A DNA stretch of 64,000 nucleotides from a virus: IMG/VR virus record IMGVR_UViG_3300020477_000014, positions 64,001 to 128,000 of that record; one strand, given 5' to 3'. The notes under the pieces were generated by a model, which worked only from the letters and a program-made list of their open reading frames with translations, was not told the DNA's origin and did not search any database. Both the position numbers and the translations under genes were made by a program. Positions 11,027-22,386 of the stretch are shown piece after piece; position 1 is the stretch's first letter, and each line of letters begins with the position of its first letter.

Positions 11027-12744
11027 TGGCAAAATTTTTAAATCGCAAAGAACAAGTTTATGATTTGAAGCTAACGAATTATGGTAAATATTTATTATCT
11101 GTCGGAGAATTAGAGCCGGTTTATTATGGATTTTTAGATGATAATATTATCTATGATGGTAAATATGCCGGCGTTGTCGAGGTTCAAAATGGGGTTATCG
11201 AGAGAATGAGACAAGATTCTCAATATATTGAGAGTTTAACAACCTTTGAAGATCCAGAAAACCAACAATTAAAACTAGGTGTCGCGCCGTCAAGTGAATA
11301 TCTGGTTAAGACCCTGAATTTGATAACAGACATGTACCCTACTCTAGGGGGGAGCGGCATATATCCATTGCTTGATACCATGGGAACAAGTTTTTCTGGT
11401 GTCTCAAATAATTATTTCGGTTCACTATTAGTAAATGCACTGTATAGTCATTACGACGTCGATGTAAGCCCGCAGAGAATTGAAGCGCGCGCAGATTCGT
11501 ATCCTTTTACTGCGTTAATAGGGGATGCTTATCTAGATGGAGACACACAAAATGCCCCCGCATGGAAAGTGGTTGCTTTAGAGGGGCGTATAAGTTCATC
11601 GACAAAAATAGATTCTAAAAATTCTATTTCTATTCCGCAAATAAACATAGATGTGACATATACGAAAGAGATACAAGATTATGACGCCGCCACGGTGTTG
11701 AGTGATCAGGATTTTCGTGATATTGTGAGCACTACGGAGCCTTTTGTTGATAATGCTGTAATAAAATTGGTCCCCGAGGATCTTTTGATTTATGGAGAAG
11801 AGATGAATACTCAGTTGTTAACGGAGAATTTTGAGATAGAAGTTTTTGAAGTAGTAAAAGATGCATATCCTAATAGTGCTGCTTTATATTGTGTGACGCC
11901 GGTAACGGCAAGCCTTACGGCATCTGGTGGAAGCGGGCTCCAACTTAGCTCCCCTGCTGATGGGGATGTATTTCAGATTGGAGTACCCCCGGGGTATTAC
12001 GGAAAATCCTGGAACCTTTTTGCTGCTGACGAGGATTTGCCGGCGCTCGAGACTGTTTATAAATATCAATTTCAAACCACTTTGACTTCCCCTGCCAATG
12101 AACTTCAAATTAATATTCAACGTGGCCCGAGTGAAGTTCAGAACACTATTGCTGCGATTAACGGCAATGCTAATTCCACCCAGGCGCGTTATTATAACAA
12201 TGAGAAAACAAACCGCGCGCGGCGAGTTTTAGCAACACAAATAGGATCATCCACAGAAATTAATTTAGGATCTTTAAACTCAGGAACGAAAGGCAATGGT
12301 GCTTGGTTTTCTTCGGACTTTAACAGTGCAACTCCGAATCCGGCGGTTGGGATCAAGCAAGAACTTCTTGGTGGCATCGACGGCATTTTTTGTCCCAGAA
12401 AAGATTTGCTAAAAAGAAAGTATTTTTATGATCCTCAAACTAAAATTGAAGGACAAAACATGACCACCGCAGAAGACATAGAGGGGCAAAAGATAGCGAT
12501 CGCGACTCAAAAAGGCAATCCTTCCATTTCGGCTGCTCCTTCTACTCCTAGTCATGTAGGTTATTTCTTCGACTTATTGGTGGATGAAAATGTATCAGAG
12601 AAAACTGCTTGCAAGGCAGCTTCCGCATTCAATAAAGAATCTTATTATGTGGATCTAGATTTTGATTGCGATGAGGCGGAAGAGATGGAAATTACTAATG
12701 TGGATATTTATGGAAAAGTAACGGAGCCTGAGATATGCCTGTAA
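11026..12744 (+). CDS. Putative baseplate/virion structural protein (572 aa)
   Basis: Start overlaps the upstream stop. The N-terminus (LKLTNYGKYLLSVGELEPVYYGFLDDNIIY) resembles the N-termini of ORFs 21328 and 22387. Confidence 0.55.
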   Translation: MAKFLNRKEQVYDLKLTNYGKYLLSVGELEPVYYGFLDDNIIYDGKYAGVVEVQNGVIERMRQDSQYIESLTTFEDPENQQLKLGVAPSSEYLVKTLNLITDMYPTLGGSGIYPLLDTMGTSFSGVSNNYFGSLLVNALYSHYDVDVSPQRIEARADSYPFTALIGDAYLDGDTQNAPAWKVVALEGRISSSTKIDSKNSISIPQINIDVTYTKEIQDYDAATVLSDQDFRDIVSTTEPFVDNAVIKLVPEDLLIYGEEMNTQLLTENFEIEVFEVVKDAYPNSAALYCVTPVTASLTASGGSGLQLSSPADGDVFQIGVPPGYYGKSWNLFAADEDLPALETVYKYQFQTTLTSPANELQINIQRGPSEVQNTIAAINGNANSTQARYYNNEKTNRARRVLATQIGSSTEINLGSLNSGTKGNGAWFSSDFNSATPNPAVGIKQELLGGIDGIFCPRKDLLKRKYFYDPQTKIEGQNMTTAEDIEGQKIAIATQKGNPSISAAPSTPSHVGYFFDLLVDENVSEKTACKAASAFNKESYYVDLDFDCDEAEEMEITNVDIYGKVTEPEICL

Positions 12745-15700
12745 ATCAATTTACTGGAGACTTAAATGACAAATTTGGGAATATACTGCCTATTCCTTTT
12801 ATTGATAAAGTAGAATTATTTGTTGGCAAGCTTGTTGTATATTATAGCCTATATTTGGATATGGATTATTATGGGAGAGACAACATTGAGTCATATTTGG
12901 AACATTTACATAATGAGGGTTTAAAATTTGGACTTGTAATGGGAATAGATATAGAAGATCCAGATGGGGAACAAAAACAGAGAACCTCTTATACAGATGT
13001 TATTGAAGGTAAAAAGGGCGCCCTAAGCGCCATTATTAGTACTTTCCGCCAACGATATGATCCGAACAATTCGAGCAATTCGTCGACGAATTTTCGATAT
13101 GGAACATTCTATCAAAGTAACAGCCAGAAGAGTAGTTTCTGGCACATGCCGACACTTGCAACCGTTTTGGCTGCACACAATGCGGCTCCAAATTCTGGTA
13201 TAATTACGACCACATATAGCACCGAGGACTCACCGATAGTTAAAGTTTCATTTCAAATGGATGTACAAATATCAAGCCAGGTTTCACCTTCAGCCCACTA
13301 TTACTACACGGACTCCATAGGCTGTCCTGACGCCCCAATGGGTCAACAGGGACCACCACTCACTTTCACTGACGCAACCAAATTGCCGGACATTCTTTCA
13401 TCGTTTCTGCAACCGGGGTATGTCGATTCGGTCACTGGCTTCGAATATGTACAGCCGGTTACTAAAATGGGGTTGATAAGCTTTTCTTATGTTGCTGATA
13501 AAAGGCAGTATGGATATGCAGAATTATTAGATAAAATTTTTACCCATGGCTGTCAACAGGTTGCAGTTGACAATTATCCTGAGATCGAGACCGAGGGACA
13601 CTTAGGAGATGCACCTCTTGTGAACTCTTCGATATCTGATATATCTTATTTGACTGTGGTAGAGAATGCGGCTTTGGATATTAAACCAGAGGTAGTGTTT
13701 TTAGATTCAAATGATAACCTAGTTCAAGAAGTTATGCAGACTATTGATGGTTCTTATTATAAAGTATCTCCGAATTTACATGTCCAAATTCAAGAAGATG
13801 TATTAAGTTTAGTATCAAATCCCACTAACGATGAGCCTTTACAAGCTTTGTTTAATAGTGTGGCGACAACTACGTCTATCTATGCTAATTTGGCTGCATT
13901 GGTGCCAGAATTAAACAATTTAAGGCAAACGATAGTAGACAAAAGCAGCGTGACTGCTATTGGAAAATTTTATAATAATCTTAAGTTAAAGATTTTGCGC
14001 GCAAATGAGGCAATTGGTCGCGGCGAAAAAGTTCGAAAACAATTGATGAACAATCCACGTCTTTTCAATTTTCGATCCGGTATCGACGGGAGCGCGTCAC
14101 CGCCCCTCGAGGGTTCCGAGACCCACAATTTGTCTTCTTGGGATGATTGGGAGATGCGCCTAGACCCCCAGTTAGAGCAAGTGTACCCTGGTTTCGAAGT
14201 TTCTTTTAAAGGTTGGCCAACGCCGACTTCTTTTAATGGCACTCAGCCAACATTTGCAAACAAAGATGCTTATATTTATCCTGGTGCCACTAGATTTCGA
14301 ACGGAAGAATTTCAATGGTATATTTATGGATCCAACAATCCCGACTATAAACGATTACTGCAATGTTATGTAGATCACGGATATTGGTATTTTGATTACG
14401 AAAAGGCTCTTAAAACGAGAAGCGCACTTTCTCAATTGGTTAATGTAGAAAAATTTGAAACTTTATTTGGGACTGGGATGACAGGAGCAGAATTTCGTTT
14501 AGCCGACACATATGTGCACTACAAAAGACTTAAGACGGCAGAGGACAGAGACGCAGAAGACAAAGAAGAGAGTGGACCCTTCGTATTGAACACTCCACTT
14601 CCACAATATGTAACGGGAGATTCTATTCCAAAAGAACACTTTGCGTTTGAATTTAGTATGAAAAATACGTGGTTTTTTCCACCCGAGCGCCAAAACTCGC
14701 CGCATCTTCCCGACGGCATGACGTTCGATCTCGAGGATTATTGGTACGGATCCCGCGAGATTGATCCCCACGGTTGTATTATTAATTACTATTATGGATC
14801 CCGACACCCAGATCTCGGTGGTAATGAGCAAGATGAATTTGAACGCGATCACAATAATTCGTATTTAATGTTCGATGACCCTATGCAAACACCAAGGGAT
14901 CCAAATGGGCGCCCCCTCAAGCCCTGGAATGCCCTACGAGCGGAAAACCCTAGAGACATAGATGGTTTTCATGAACTGTTTGGGGAAACACAAGAATCCA
15001 GGCGATATCGTTTAATGACATTTGAATTTGAAAAATATAAGACATTTATGACCCCTTGGGAACTCGACCAGCAAGATTGCAAATTTGATTCCTCAACGAA
15101 GGACGACAAAAAGAGATTTCATGAAACTCGAAGATTTATGTTTTGGGAGTTCAATGTTTATATACAAGACGGTACCCACCGACTTTATCAGGAACTAATG
15201 GAGATATATCGCATCATCGATGAGTTGTTGGAATTATATTCGTTAGCAGCCGCAGAGCCGTGCGCTTTCGATGAGGCATCTGGATTTTTTACGTCAATTT
15301 TTATAAATGGTGTTAATGAAATGTATTTATCAGCGGAATCACCAATGGATCCGCCGTGGGTTTCGGCGCCTTTTTACTATGAATTTATGTTAGATTTGTT
15401 GTTCAACACTCACGATGGAGAGATGGCGTTAATTGAGAAAGCCGCGGCAGACCAATCAGCGTTGATTGGTCCAACAACCGGATCTCCAACCGCGATCGCG
15501 CGGTTTCTTGATGGATGGAAAATCTTGTGGGAGTATTACATTGGGAACCAGACCCCAGATCGGTTTTATCCACCGGCTGACATGTATTCCCCCGGCGCTA
15601 AATTTTTTCATCATTACTACGGACAGAGGGGTGTTAATTATTGTCGAAAATTTGGTCCCGATCTCCAAACTTCCGGTTTCCACGACTTTCCAAGTGGGAT

Positions 15701-16460
15701 TAATCATCCGGACGTAAGCACTCGCACGAGTAAATATACATACTTACATTATAAGATTGATGATGAATCTTACGAGCTTGAGGATCCATGGTGGATTGAT
15801 CAAGAGCCGGAGTTTAGTGCTTTCGGCGGAGAAAAAGAAGAAGCGGGACTAGTTGCAACCCCGGGCCCTTGGAGTACAGAGTTTGCTGACGTGTCTGGCG
15901 AAGAGCCAATTTGGGTCTGGTCGCAAGAAAATGCGGCGTGGTCCAAACGCCAACACGACATCATTAATATGGCAGTTAATCAGTATCAAGACATGTCTCA
16001 ATATTATTCTTCTTATGATCTTTATACGGAGGGGCGCACGTGGAACATCTTCTCGATGTTGCCAACTTGGGTGACAGAAGACATGTCTAAAGAACAAATT
16101 GCAGAAATGGAACTAATGAGAGAAGCGCAAAAAGATCAACTAGCCTCACTCCTTGATCAAATGGTTAACACTGCCATTGCTGAGCAAAGTTCTACCTCCC
16201 AGGAGGATTTAGTTAAATCTTTAAAATCTCAGTCGGAGCTTTTGTCGGAAGCTGTGATTCATTTAACAAAACTGATGGAAATCGCCTTGGGGGGCCAATC
16301 AAATGACAATCAGACCGCCGCGGGCGATCCTATTTATATACAAGAAAATCGGAGACTAACCGAAGAAGAAAAATATGCACTAACCGATTCCGAACGAAAG
16401 GAATATAATGCATGGCTGACAACATTTGAGCCCGGAAACACGATCCATGAGAACTCATAG
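12735..16460 (+). CDS. Large hypothetical protein, probably virion/baseplate (1241 aa)
   Basis: Long uninterrupted ORF overlapping the upstream gene, within the structural block. No catalytic motif recognised. Confidence 0.5.
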   Translation: MPVNQFTGDLNDKFGNILPIPFIDKVELFVGKLVVYYSLYLDMDYYGRDNIESYLEHLHNEGLKFGLVMGIDIEDPDGEQKQRTSYTDVIEGKKGALSAIISTFRQRYDPNNSSNSSTNFRYGTFYQSNSQKSSFWHMPTLATVLAAHNAAPNSGIITTTYSTEDSPIVKVSFQMDVQISSQVSPSAHYYYTDSIGCPDAPMGQQGPPLTFTDATKLPDILSSFLQPGYVDSVTGFEYVQPVTKMGLISFSYVADKRQYGYAELLDKIFTHGCQQVAVDNYPEIETEGHLGDAPLVNSSISDISYLTVVENAALDIKPEVVFLDSNDNLVQEVMQTIDGSYYKVSPNLHVQIQEDVLSLVSNPTNDEPLQALFNSVATTTSIYANLAALVPELNNLRQTIVDKSSVTAIGKFYNNLKLKILRANEAIGRGEKVRKQLMNNPRLFNFRSGIDGSASPPLEGSETHNLSSWDDWEMRLDPQLEQVYPGFEVSFKGWPTPTSFNGTQPTFANKDAYIYPGATRFRTEEFQWYIYGSNNPDYKRLLQCYVDHGYWYFDYEKALKTRSALSQLVNVEKFETLFGTGMTGAEFRLADTYVHYKRLKTAEDRDAEDKEESGPFVLNTPLPQYVTGDSIPKEHFAFEFSMKNTWFFPPERQNSPHLPDGMTFDLEDYWYGSREIDPHGCIINYYYGSRHPDLGGNEQDEFERDHNNSYLMFDDPMQTPRDPNGRPLKPWNALRAENPRDIDGFHELFGETQESRRYRLMTFEFEKYKTFMTPWELDQQDCKFDSSTKDDKKRFHETRRFMFWEFNVYIQDGTHRLYQELMEIYRIIDELLELYSLAAAEPCAFDEASGFFTSIFINGVNEMYLSAESPMDPPWVSAPFYYEFMLDLLFNTHDGEMALIEKAAADQSALIGPTTGSPTAIARFLDGWKILWEYYIGNQTPDRFYPPADMYSPGAKFFHHYYGQRGVNYCRKFGPDLQTSGFHDFPSGINHPDVSTRTSKYTYLHYKIDDESYELEDPWWIDQEPEFSAFGGEKEEAGLVATPGPWSTEFADVSGEEPIWVWSQENAAWSKRQHDIINMAVNQYQDMSQYYSSYDLYTEGRTWNIFSMLPTWVTEDMSKEQIAEMELMREAQKDQLASLLDQMVNTAIAEQSSTSQEDLVKSLKSQSELLSEAVIHLTKLMEIALGGQSNDNQTAAGDPIYIQENRRLTEEEKYALTDSERKEYNAWLTTFEPGNTIHENS

Positions 16461-16519
16461 GGGCAGTACTTTAATTATAAAATCTGCAAATAGACTAGTT
16501 ACACCAAGAGAGATAAAAC

Positions 16520-17101
16520 ATGGCCTTTTTAATAAGAAAAGTAAGTAATAATCCACGCAAAGCTTCAGACAAACAGAAAGTCCAAGCACTCAAAAAGCAA
16601 AACAAATTTCAAGTTACTATTGGAAATTATACCGTTCCGAGCACCCCAGAAGACATTGGAACTTTAGTGGGGACATTGCGGCTAGTGGACGCAAGAACTT
16701 TAAATGAACTTTCTTATAATATTAATTCCAAACAGATGGCCACAATGATGCTGGGGGCTCTCGATATGGTTGTGCGAAATGATATGGGAAAAAACTACAG
16801 CATCGTAGGGGACCAAAACAATCCTTATATGATAGATAATCCCAATATTGTTCCCTCTTCTATTGGGGATATTTCTAATTCTCTAAGTGATCCATCAAAG
16901 CAATCATTTAAGTCCCACTCTGATCCTTTTTATGAGTTAGATGAGGGCGCCCCAGAATATTATAAAGAACAGCAGAATCTCCTGAAAACCTTTAATGAAA
17001 AGGATTTGACTCAACTTGCGGCTGCTTTTAATCGATTGAATAATAATATTTCCTCCCCTGGAACTAAAAATCTCAAACAATTTAACGTTTTGCAGAAATA
17101 A
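16520..17101 (+). CDS. Hypothetical protein (193 aa)
   Basis: ORF track; ACTAGTTA motif 26 nt upstream. Confidence 0.5.
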   Translation: MAFLIRKVSNNPRKASDKQKVQALKKQNKFQVTIGNYTVPSTPEDIGTLVGTLRLVDARTLNELSYNINSKQMATMMLGALDMVVRNDMGKNYSIVGDQNNPYMIDNPNIVPSSIGDISNSLSDPSKQSFKSHSDPFYELDEGAPEYYKEQQNLLKTFNEKDLTQLAAAFNRLNNNISSPGTKNLKQFNVLQK

Positions 17102-17123
17102 ACATTATCGGAAAAACACACAC

Positions 17124-18173
17124 ATGCCTTCAAATGAAATCTTCGACTCTAGTCACATACACAAAGAATATGTAATTACGCAATTCAAGACCGGCATCAT
17201 CTCTGCTATGGACTACAACTGGGTGCAAGGAAAGCAAAAGTTTATTAGTGTCAACAAGCAGGCACAAAAACTTTTCGAGGAACAGTTTTATTATTCCATA
17301 AAATATTACCTCTTTGTTTCGACAGCTTTTTCGGTCGACCCAGGAACCGCCCGCAGGGCTGGCGAACTAGAAACCGTCACGACGGGGCAGAGCCTTTTGG
17401 ATCCGCCAACAGGCGGCGGTACCGGCATTGTGACGATAGACACCGGCGGAAATTCACAGCCAGTGATGCTCGATGGGCTGAGCACACCTGAGACCCTTAC
17501 AGAGCCTTTTATTACAACCGCTAAGGGAACTTTTACTGCTCTGAGAATGATAGAGATAGATCTGGATACCGGTGTAGGTGGAGGATCTTATCATGCGAAT
17601 GTTCAACGGGATCCCGTAACCAACACATATCATCAGCCAAGCACTCATGGCTACACGGGCTGGACCCACTTGGACCGCGAAGACTACGTTCCCGCCATAA
17701 AGACAGAAATCCATCAATATGTAACCAGCACCGGCACTGCTACACTGCGTTGGATAAAATATGTACAGAGATATATCTCTTTCGTGGAGGACACATCCAA
17801 TCCCAACTGGATGGATCTGCCACCTGATGGAAACATTGATAATCATACTCCCGAAGCATGGGTGTTGCGATATTGGTTCGGAAGCGGCTGGTTCCGCGAG
17901 TTGATCGAGGGACAAGATCTTAGTGGTCTTGGACCATTCCCAGATATCCTCGGTACCGGTCGCCCCACTGTGCCTCATAGTCCTCAAAATGCAATGAGAT
18001 ATTTTTTCCTTCGCCGCGGCGAGCAAAATGAGAAATTAAAGCTTAATCGAAAAGCTTTAATATCCAAGCGCACACCTAATCGTCTAAAAGCAAAAAACTT
18101 TAGTGCCCTGGACCCATCCGAAATAGTTCCACGAACACGAACGGGTAATGAAAACTCAGCGGGAGGATATTAA
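17124..18173 (+). CDS. Hypothetical protein (349 aa)
   Basis: ORF track; co-directional and tightly packed with neighbours. Confidence 0.5.
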   Translation: MPSNEIFDSSHIHKEYVITQFKTGIISAMDYNWVQGKQKFISVNKQAQKLFEEQFYYSIKYYLFVSTAFSVDPGTARRAGELETVTTGQSLLDPPTGGGTGIVTIDTGGNSQPVMLDGLSTPETLTEPFITTAKGTFTALRMIEIDLDTGVGGGSYHANVQRDPVTNTYHQPSTHGYTGWTHLDREDYVPAIKTEIHQYVTSTGTATLRWIKYVQRYISFVEDTSNPNWMDLPPDGNIDNHTPEAWVLRYWFGSGWFRELIEGQDLSGLGPFPDILGTGRPTVPHSPQNAMRYFFLRRGEQNEKLKLNRKALISKRTPNRLKAKNFSALDPSEIVPRTRTGNENSAGGY

Positions 18174-18175
18174 AT

Positions 18176-21100
18176 ATGCCAGCACCAACACTCTCGTATG
18201 TGACGCCACTGTCTCCCCCAACAACTACGACTTATTGCAGATCTCGACGTGTTATGTATAGATCATCCAACTTTCTTTATGGAAGCGAGGATAAGGTGCG
18301 CAACGCATTTGGGGGTAGCTATGCCTACTTTAACATAAGTAAGTATTTTGAATCTTACAGTGAAGACCCTTATATTAGCGTCTTGTCTACGGCTTTAAAA
18401 AGCTTGGGATCGATGATTAGCGATGATGTAATCGGCACAACATGGATAGATACCCAAGGGGCAAACACGGCTAATTATTGGGCTGTTTCTGCATTGGATT
18501 TGATAGGAAGCATGGGTCAGTTTCCACCCGCCGATATGCCGGCAGTTGATATATTTTCAGAATATGATCCTGTTACTGAAACATACAATACAACCCCTTT
18601 TGTTCAAGAGGTATATGTAAAGCCTCAAGAATGGGTAGGAGAGATCTCGGATGATTTAATATATCCGAGTTTATCTGCGCCTGTTTTATTGATTGGCAAT
18701 GAATTCTCTATTGTTGATGATCTCCATTGGAAGAAAATCATCGCCGGCGGTCTCTATAATCAGAGAGAATACGCAGGGATCAACACTCACGATCAGGTAT
18801 TCCCAGGACTTAACACTTCAATAACACTGCCTTATGAGAAGTTGGAGTCCCGCCTATATGCGGCTGAACATGATAAAGATTATATAACCTATGAATATCT
18901 TCAGATTGAAAGCAAATATAACATATATGTACCGGAACTACAGAACAAAGAGTGTACCATATATGAGCTTCCGAATCTTTATCTTTTGACGTATTATTCA
19001 TCTTATCCGGCCCTCAGTAATCAGCCGATAGCTTATTCGGACGAATTAAAGGAATTTTGTAGTCTTAATGGTTATTATACCTCGGGTATACTTGAAACGA
19101 ATCTTGGATTAAACGGAAGGCAGTATCCTTTTCCTCCCCCTGTACCGGCTAAAGGTACAATGATGCATGGTGGTGATTTTTTAGATGATCAATATTATAT
19201 GCGAGAATACTATTGGAAATGGGCACAAACAGACTTTAGTGAGAAGACACTTGATGCAGTTAGTGAGCAAATGAAAAACATCTTTCTAGAACCTAAAGCC
19301 ACTAAGGGCGTCGCTCTCGGGGTGTTAAATTCAGAAGAAAACATTCCTTTGGGAGTAGATATTCAGATCCCTCGAGAAAAACAATCTACTGGCTGTGGAC
19401 TCATCCATTCGATTTTTAATGATCAGTTCCAGCATGTTTTGATGTTTCACATCAAGGATAAGTTCGTCAACAATACGCCTCTTCAATTGGATGTTTTAGA
19501 GGTAGCCAAAAGCGAAGAGGAAGAACAAACTGGAGCGGGCATTTCGCAACAAGAGACATATGACAGATTGCGCGCCACGATGGGCGGAGATGCAATGATT
19601 CGATATATGGTAGAACGAGGTACTATGCTGGACGGAAAGGGTGGCGAAACAAAATTAAATTATGTTGATTTTAGTAAAATTTTATTAGAAGAAGTCAATA
19701 ATCCTAAATTTGGAATTAAAGATTTTATATACATCGGCGGCAGTACTGGTTTTAATATTGAAATGATTAAAGATAATGAAAACGCAGCTAATTATCGCTA
19801 TCTTCGAACTAGTTTAGCCAACACAATGATTCTTAATACTCAAGATTATCTCAAGGGGATAATGGACACGCAAGGTGATGATATCTTTCCTGTTAATCAT
19901 CGTCATGATGGCTCCAACTGGACTGCCGGACCAGATCCCTGGTCTTTAAATGATTTTTTGTGGCAGCCAGAAATGATAGATGAATCCTTATATGGTGGGT
20001 GTGTCGGCTTTCGAATTGAAAAAACAATGATCGCCCCTTCTCAAAACAATACAGCAAAGTCGGCAGTAGTTCAAAATATTTATATACCGTCGGATCCCAA
20101 CCAGGCTGACATTCTGCGTTATTTTGACACCCAAGTACATTATGGAGAAACGTATAAGTATAAAATTTATCGTTACGAATTGGCAGTGTCGTATAGATAC
20201 TCTTATAAAGATCTAAAGATTTCAGAACAAATAGCCATAAATAATAAAAAATATTGTTTAAGTTTTTATGATCCAGTTACCAATCAAAGTAAAAATTTGG
20301 CATGGTATATTAATCCCGAAGATCCGTCATGGGTACCGGGATCTCCCATAGAAAATGTGGCTGCCCACGCAATTACCACAGGCGCACCAACTTTTGCATC
20401 GGACGCCGAGGCAATATCTGGGCACCCATATATAGCAGAAATGGTTCTACAAATAGAACCCAATATTGCGATATATGAAATTCCTACTCATGAGAAAGAA
20501 ATAACAATTTTAGATAATCCCCCTCAAAGCGTCGACATAACCCCCTTTCAGCGTAAGGATGATTCTCAGATAATTGGATTTTTGGTAAGAAAAGAAGAGT
20601 TTTATAAAGCTCTCTATCCGTCACCTTTGAACTCCAAAGAAACCAAGCTGGGTCAATCTTATTTAGAGTCAAATAATTTGTTACCTTCTGAAGAAATAAT
20701 AAAGCCTTCGATTTCTGCATTAAGATATTTACAAGTTTTCCGATTAGACAGAAAACCAAAAAGCATTAAAGATTTTGACAACTTTATGATAGAAGAGAAA
20801 GACTTAAAGATAATGCCTGACAACGCATTTGAAGAAGAAGCAAACACTTCCTACCCTTTCTATCATACTACGCAGGCTTCCCCGATTTGTTTTTATGAAG
20901 AAAAGATTCAATCTAATAAAACTTATTATTATTTATTTAGATTTTTGAATGAACACCGCATGCCCGGGAGAGTCGGTCCGATCTATGCAATAACTTTGAT
21001 GGATGATGGTGGGTATAAATATTTACAATCTGAAGTGATACAAGAATCAGATTTAAGTCACAATTCTGATGTTTATAGCGCAAGCAAAGATTTTAAAAAA

Positions 21101-21319
21101 ATATTTCAATTTCTCCCCACCATTGAACAGATTCAATTAGAAACAAAAGCTGTTGACCATGAAGCCACAGCTTTGAGTCAGCTTGACAAAATAGAAATAG
21201 GAGACCCTACATTGAAAGAGTCCATCTGGGGAAAAACATTCAAGATTCGACTAACCTCTAAGAAAACAGCGAAAAAAGTTGACTTGAATGTTACTTATAA
21301 TTTAAAAGACAGGTATTAA
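18176..21319 (+). CDS. Large hypothetical protein, probably virion/baseplate (1047 aa)
   Basis: Long ORF in the structural block; no catalytic motif recognised. Confidence 0.5.
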   Translation: MPAPTLSYVTPLSPPTTTTYCRSRRVMYRSSNFLYGSEDKVRNAFGGSYAYFNISKYFESYSEDPYISVLSTALKSLGSMISDDVIGTTWIDTQGANTANYWAVSALDLIGSMGQFPPADMPAVDIFSEYDPVTETYNTTPFVQEVYVKPQEWVGEISDDLIYPSLSAPVLLIGNEFSIVDDLHWKKIIAGGLYNQREYAGINTHDQVFPGLNTSITLPYEKLESRLYAAEHDKDYITYEYLQIESKYNIYVPELQNKECTIYELPNLYLLTYYSSYPALSNQPIAYSDELKEFCSLNGYYTSGILETNLGLNGRQYPFPPPVPAKGTMMHGGDFLDDQYYMREYYWKWAQTDFSEKTLDAVSEQMKNIFLEPKATKGVALGVLNSEENIPLGVDIQIPREKQSTGCGLIHSIFNDQFQHVLMFHIKDKFVNNTPLQLDVLEVAKSEEEEQTGAGISQQETYDRLRATMGGDAMIRYMVERGTMLDGKGGETKLNYVDFSKILLEEVNNPKFGIKDFIYIGGSTGFNIEMIKDNENAANYRYLRTSLANTMILNTQDYLKGIMDTQGDDIFPVNHRHDGSNWTAGPDPWSLNDFLWQPEMIDESLYGGCVGFRIEKTMIAPSQNNTAKSAVVQNIYIPSDPNQADILRYFDTQVHYGETYKYKIYRYELAVSYRYSYKDLKISEQIAINNKKYCLSFYDPVTNQSKNLAWYINPEDPSWVPGSPIENVAAHAITTGAPTFASDAEAISGHPYIAEMVLQIEPNIAIYEIPTHEKEITILDNPPQSVDITPFQRKDDSQIIGFLVRKEEFYKALYPSPLNSKETKLGQSYLESNNLLPSEEIIKPSISALRYLQVFRLDRKPKSIKDFDNFMIEEKDLKIMPDNAFEEEANTSYPFYHTTQASPICFYEEKIQSNKTYYYLFRFLNEHRMPGRVGPIYAITLMDDGGYKYLQSEVIQESDLSHNSDVYSASKDFKKIFQFLPTIEQIQLETKAVDHEATALSQLDKIEIGDPTLKESIWGKTFKIRLTSKKTAKKVDLNVTYNLKDRY

Positions 21320-21327
21320 TTAAACTT

Positions 21328-22317
21328 ATGGCATTACAGAAAGATTGCGGCACCATTATTATAGACGCCTTGCTGACCGACGTCGGCCGCCAAAAATTGG
21401 CGCGCGGTGATTTTCAAATTACTGCCTTTGGCTTAGGTGATGATGAAATAAATTATGAAATAGGAAATTCTAGCACCGGAACATGGATGCTTACATACGA
21501 TGCTCCTATTTTTGAAGCGACCGGCAAAGGGGCTCCGAGTATTCGTTATGGGTTGATGAATTTAAACAACCGATCTGATATTTTATATTTGCCTCGTCTC
21601 TATACTAATGAAAAAATTCCTGGTGCTGTAAATTTAGTTACTGGTAGTATGAAATATTGGATAGCTGCCAACAGTGAAACAACTCTCAAACTACAACAGC
21701 AATCCGGAAGCAATTACGTATTAGAAAACAATGAAAGCTTACGGAACTTTATATTGGTGGAGTCCATGATATTACAATCTCCTACGTCCACCTTGGTGGA
21801 TGACACAGCAGCATACAAAGAAAGATATTTAACTAATCTTGATTTATTGGATGAATATATGTTTATTTATGCCGATGGTCGCTTTATTGATAATTTGCTG
21901 ATCAATGGAAAAGACGCTGTTCTTAAAAATGATATAGGAAACAATCTTTATTCAACGATTTTGCCTCTCGAAAAAGCTGTCAAAGTTTCTATAGATTCTG
22001 GTTTGGAATATTACGAAACATATAAAGCCCGGGCTATTGATAATGATATTTTTAATGATAACGATTTGTCTCATACGGATCACGTTGGGTGTCACGGATC
22101 GGCTCTAGCGTTTAATTTTCAATTAAACCAGCGCCTAGGAGAAAGCTCATCTTCATTGCCTGATGAGAGGTATACTTCGTTTGGTACGACAGGCGCGCCT
22201 CTTTTCGGCTCTGATGATAAATATGACTATATTGACACTAATGTATTATTAGAAGGGGCATCCAGCGCAGCACAGTTAGTTGTGCCGCTACGCATTGTTC
22301 GTTATGCGGGTAAGTGA
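21328..22317 (+). CDS. Virion structural protein, paralog of 22387 (329 aa)
   Basis: IIIDALLTDVGRQKLARGDFQITAFGLGDDEINY at the N-terminus and YDYIDT...PLRIVR at the C-terminus are shared with the next gene. Confidence 0.6.
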   Translation: MALQKDCGTIIIDALLTDVGRQKLARGDFQITAFGLGDDEINYEIGNSSTGTWMLTYDAPIFEATGKGAPSIRYGLMNLNNRSDILYLPRLYTNEKIPGAVNLVTGSMKYWIAANSETTLKLQQQSGSNYVLENNESLRNFILVESMILQSPTSTLVDDTAAYKERYLTNLDLLDEYMFIYADGRFIDNLLINGKDAVLKNDIGNNLYSTILPLEKAVKVSIDSGLEYYETYKARAIDNDIFNDNDLSHTDHVGCHGSALAFNFQLNQRLGESSSSLPDERYTSFGTTGAPLFGSDDKYDYIDTNVLLEGASSAAQLVVPLRIVRYAGK

Positions 22318-22386
22318 GTTATTTTCTTTTTTATAAAAGGAATACAAATAAAATATGAACTATTTATGTAAAGAGAGGAAGAATAT

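Noticed and set aside
17040-17124. Possible frameshift fusion of ORFs 16520 and 17124
   Set aside because: The downstream frame is open only from 17040 and I saw no slippery site or stimulatory structure.
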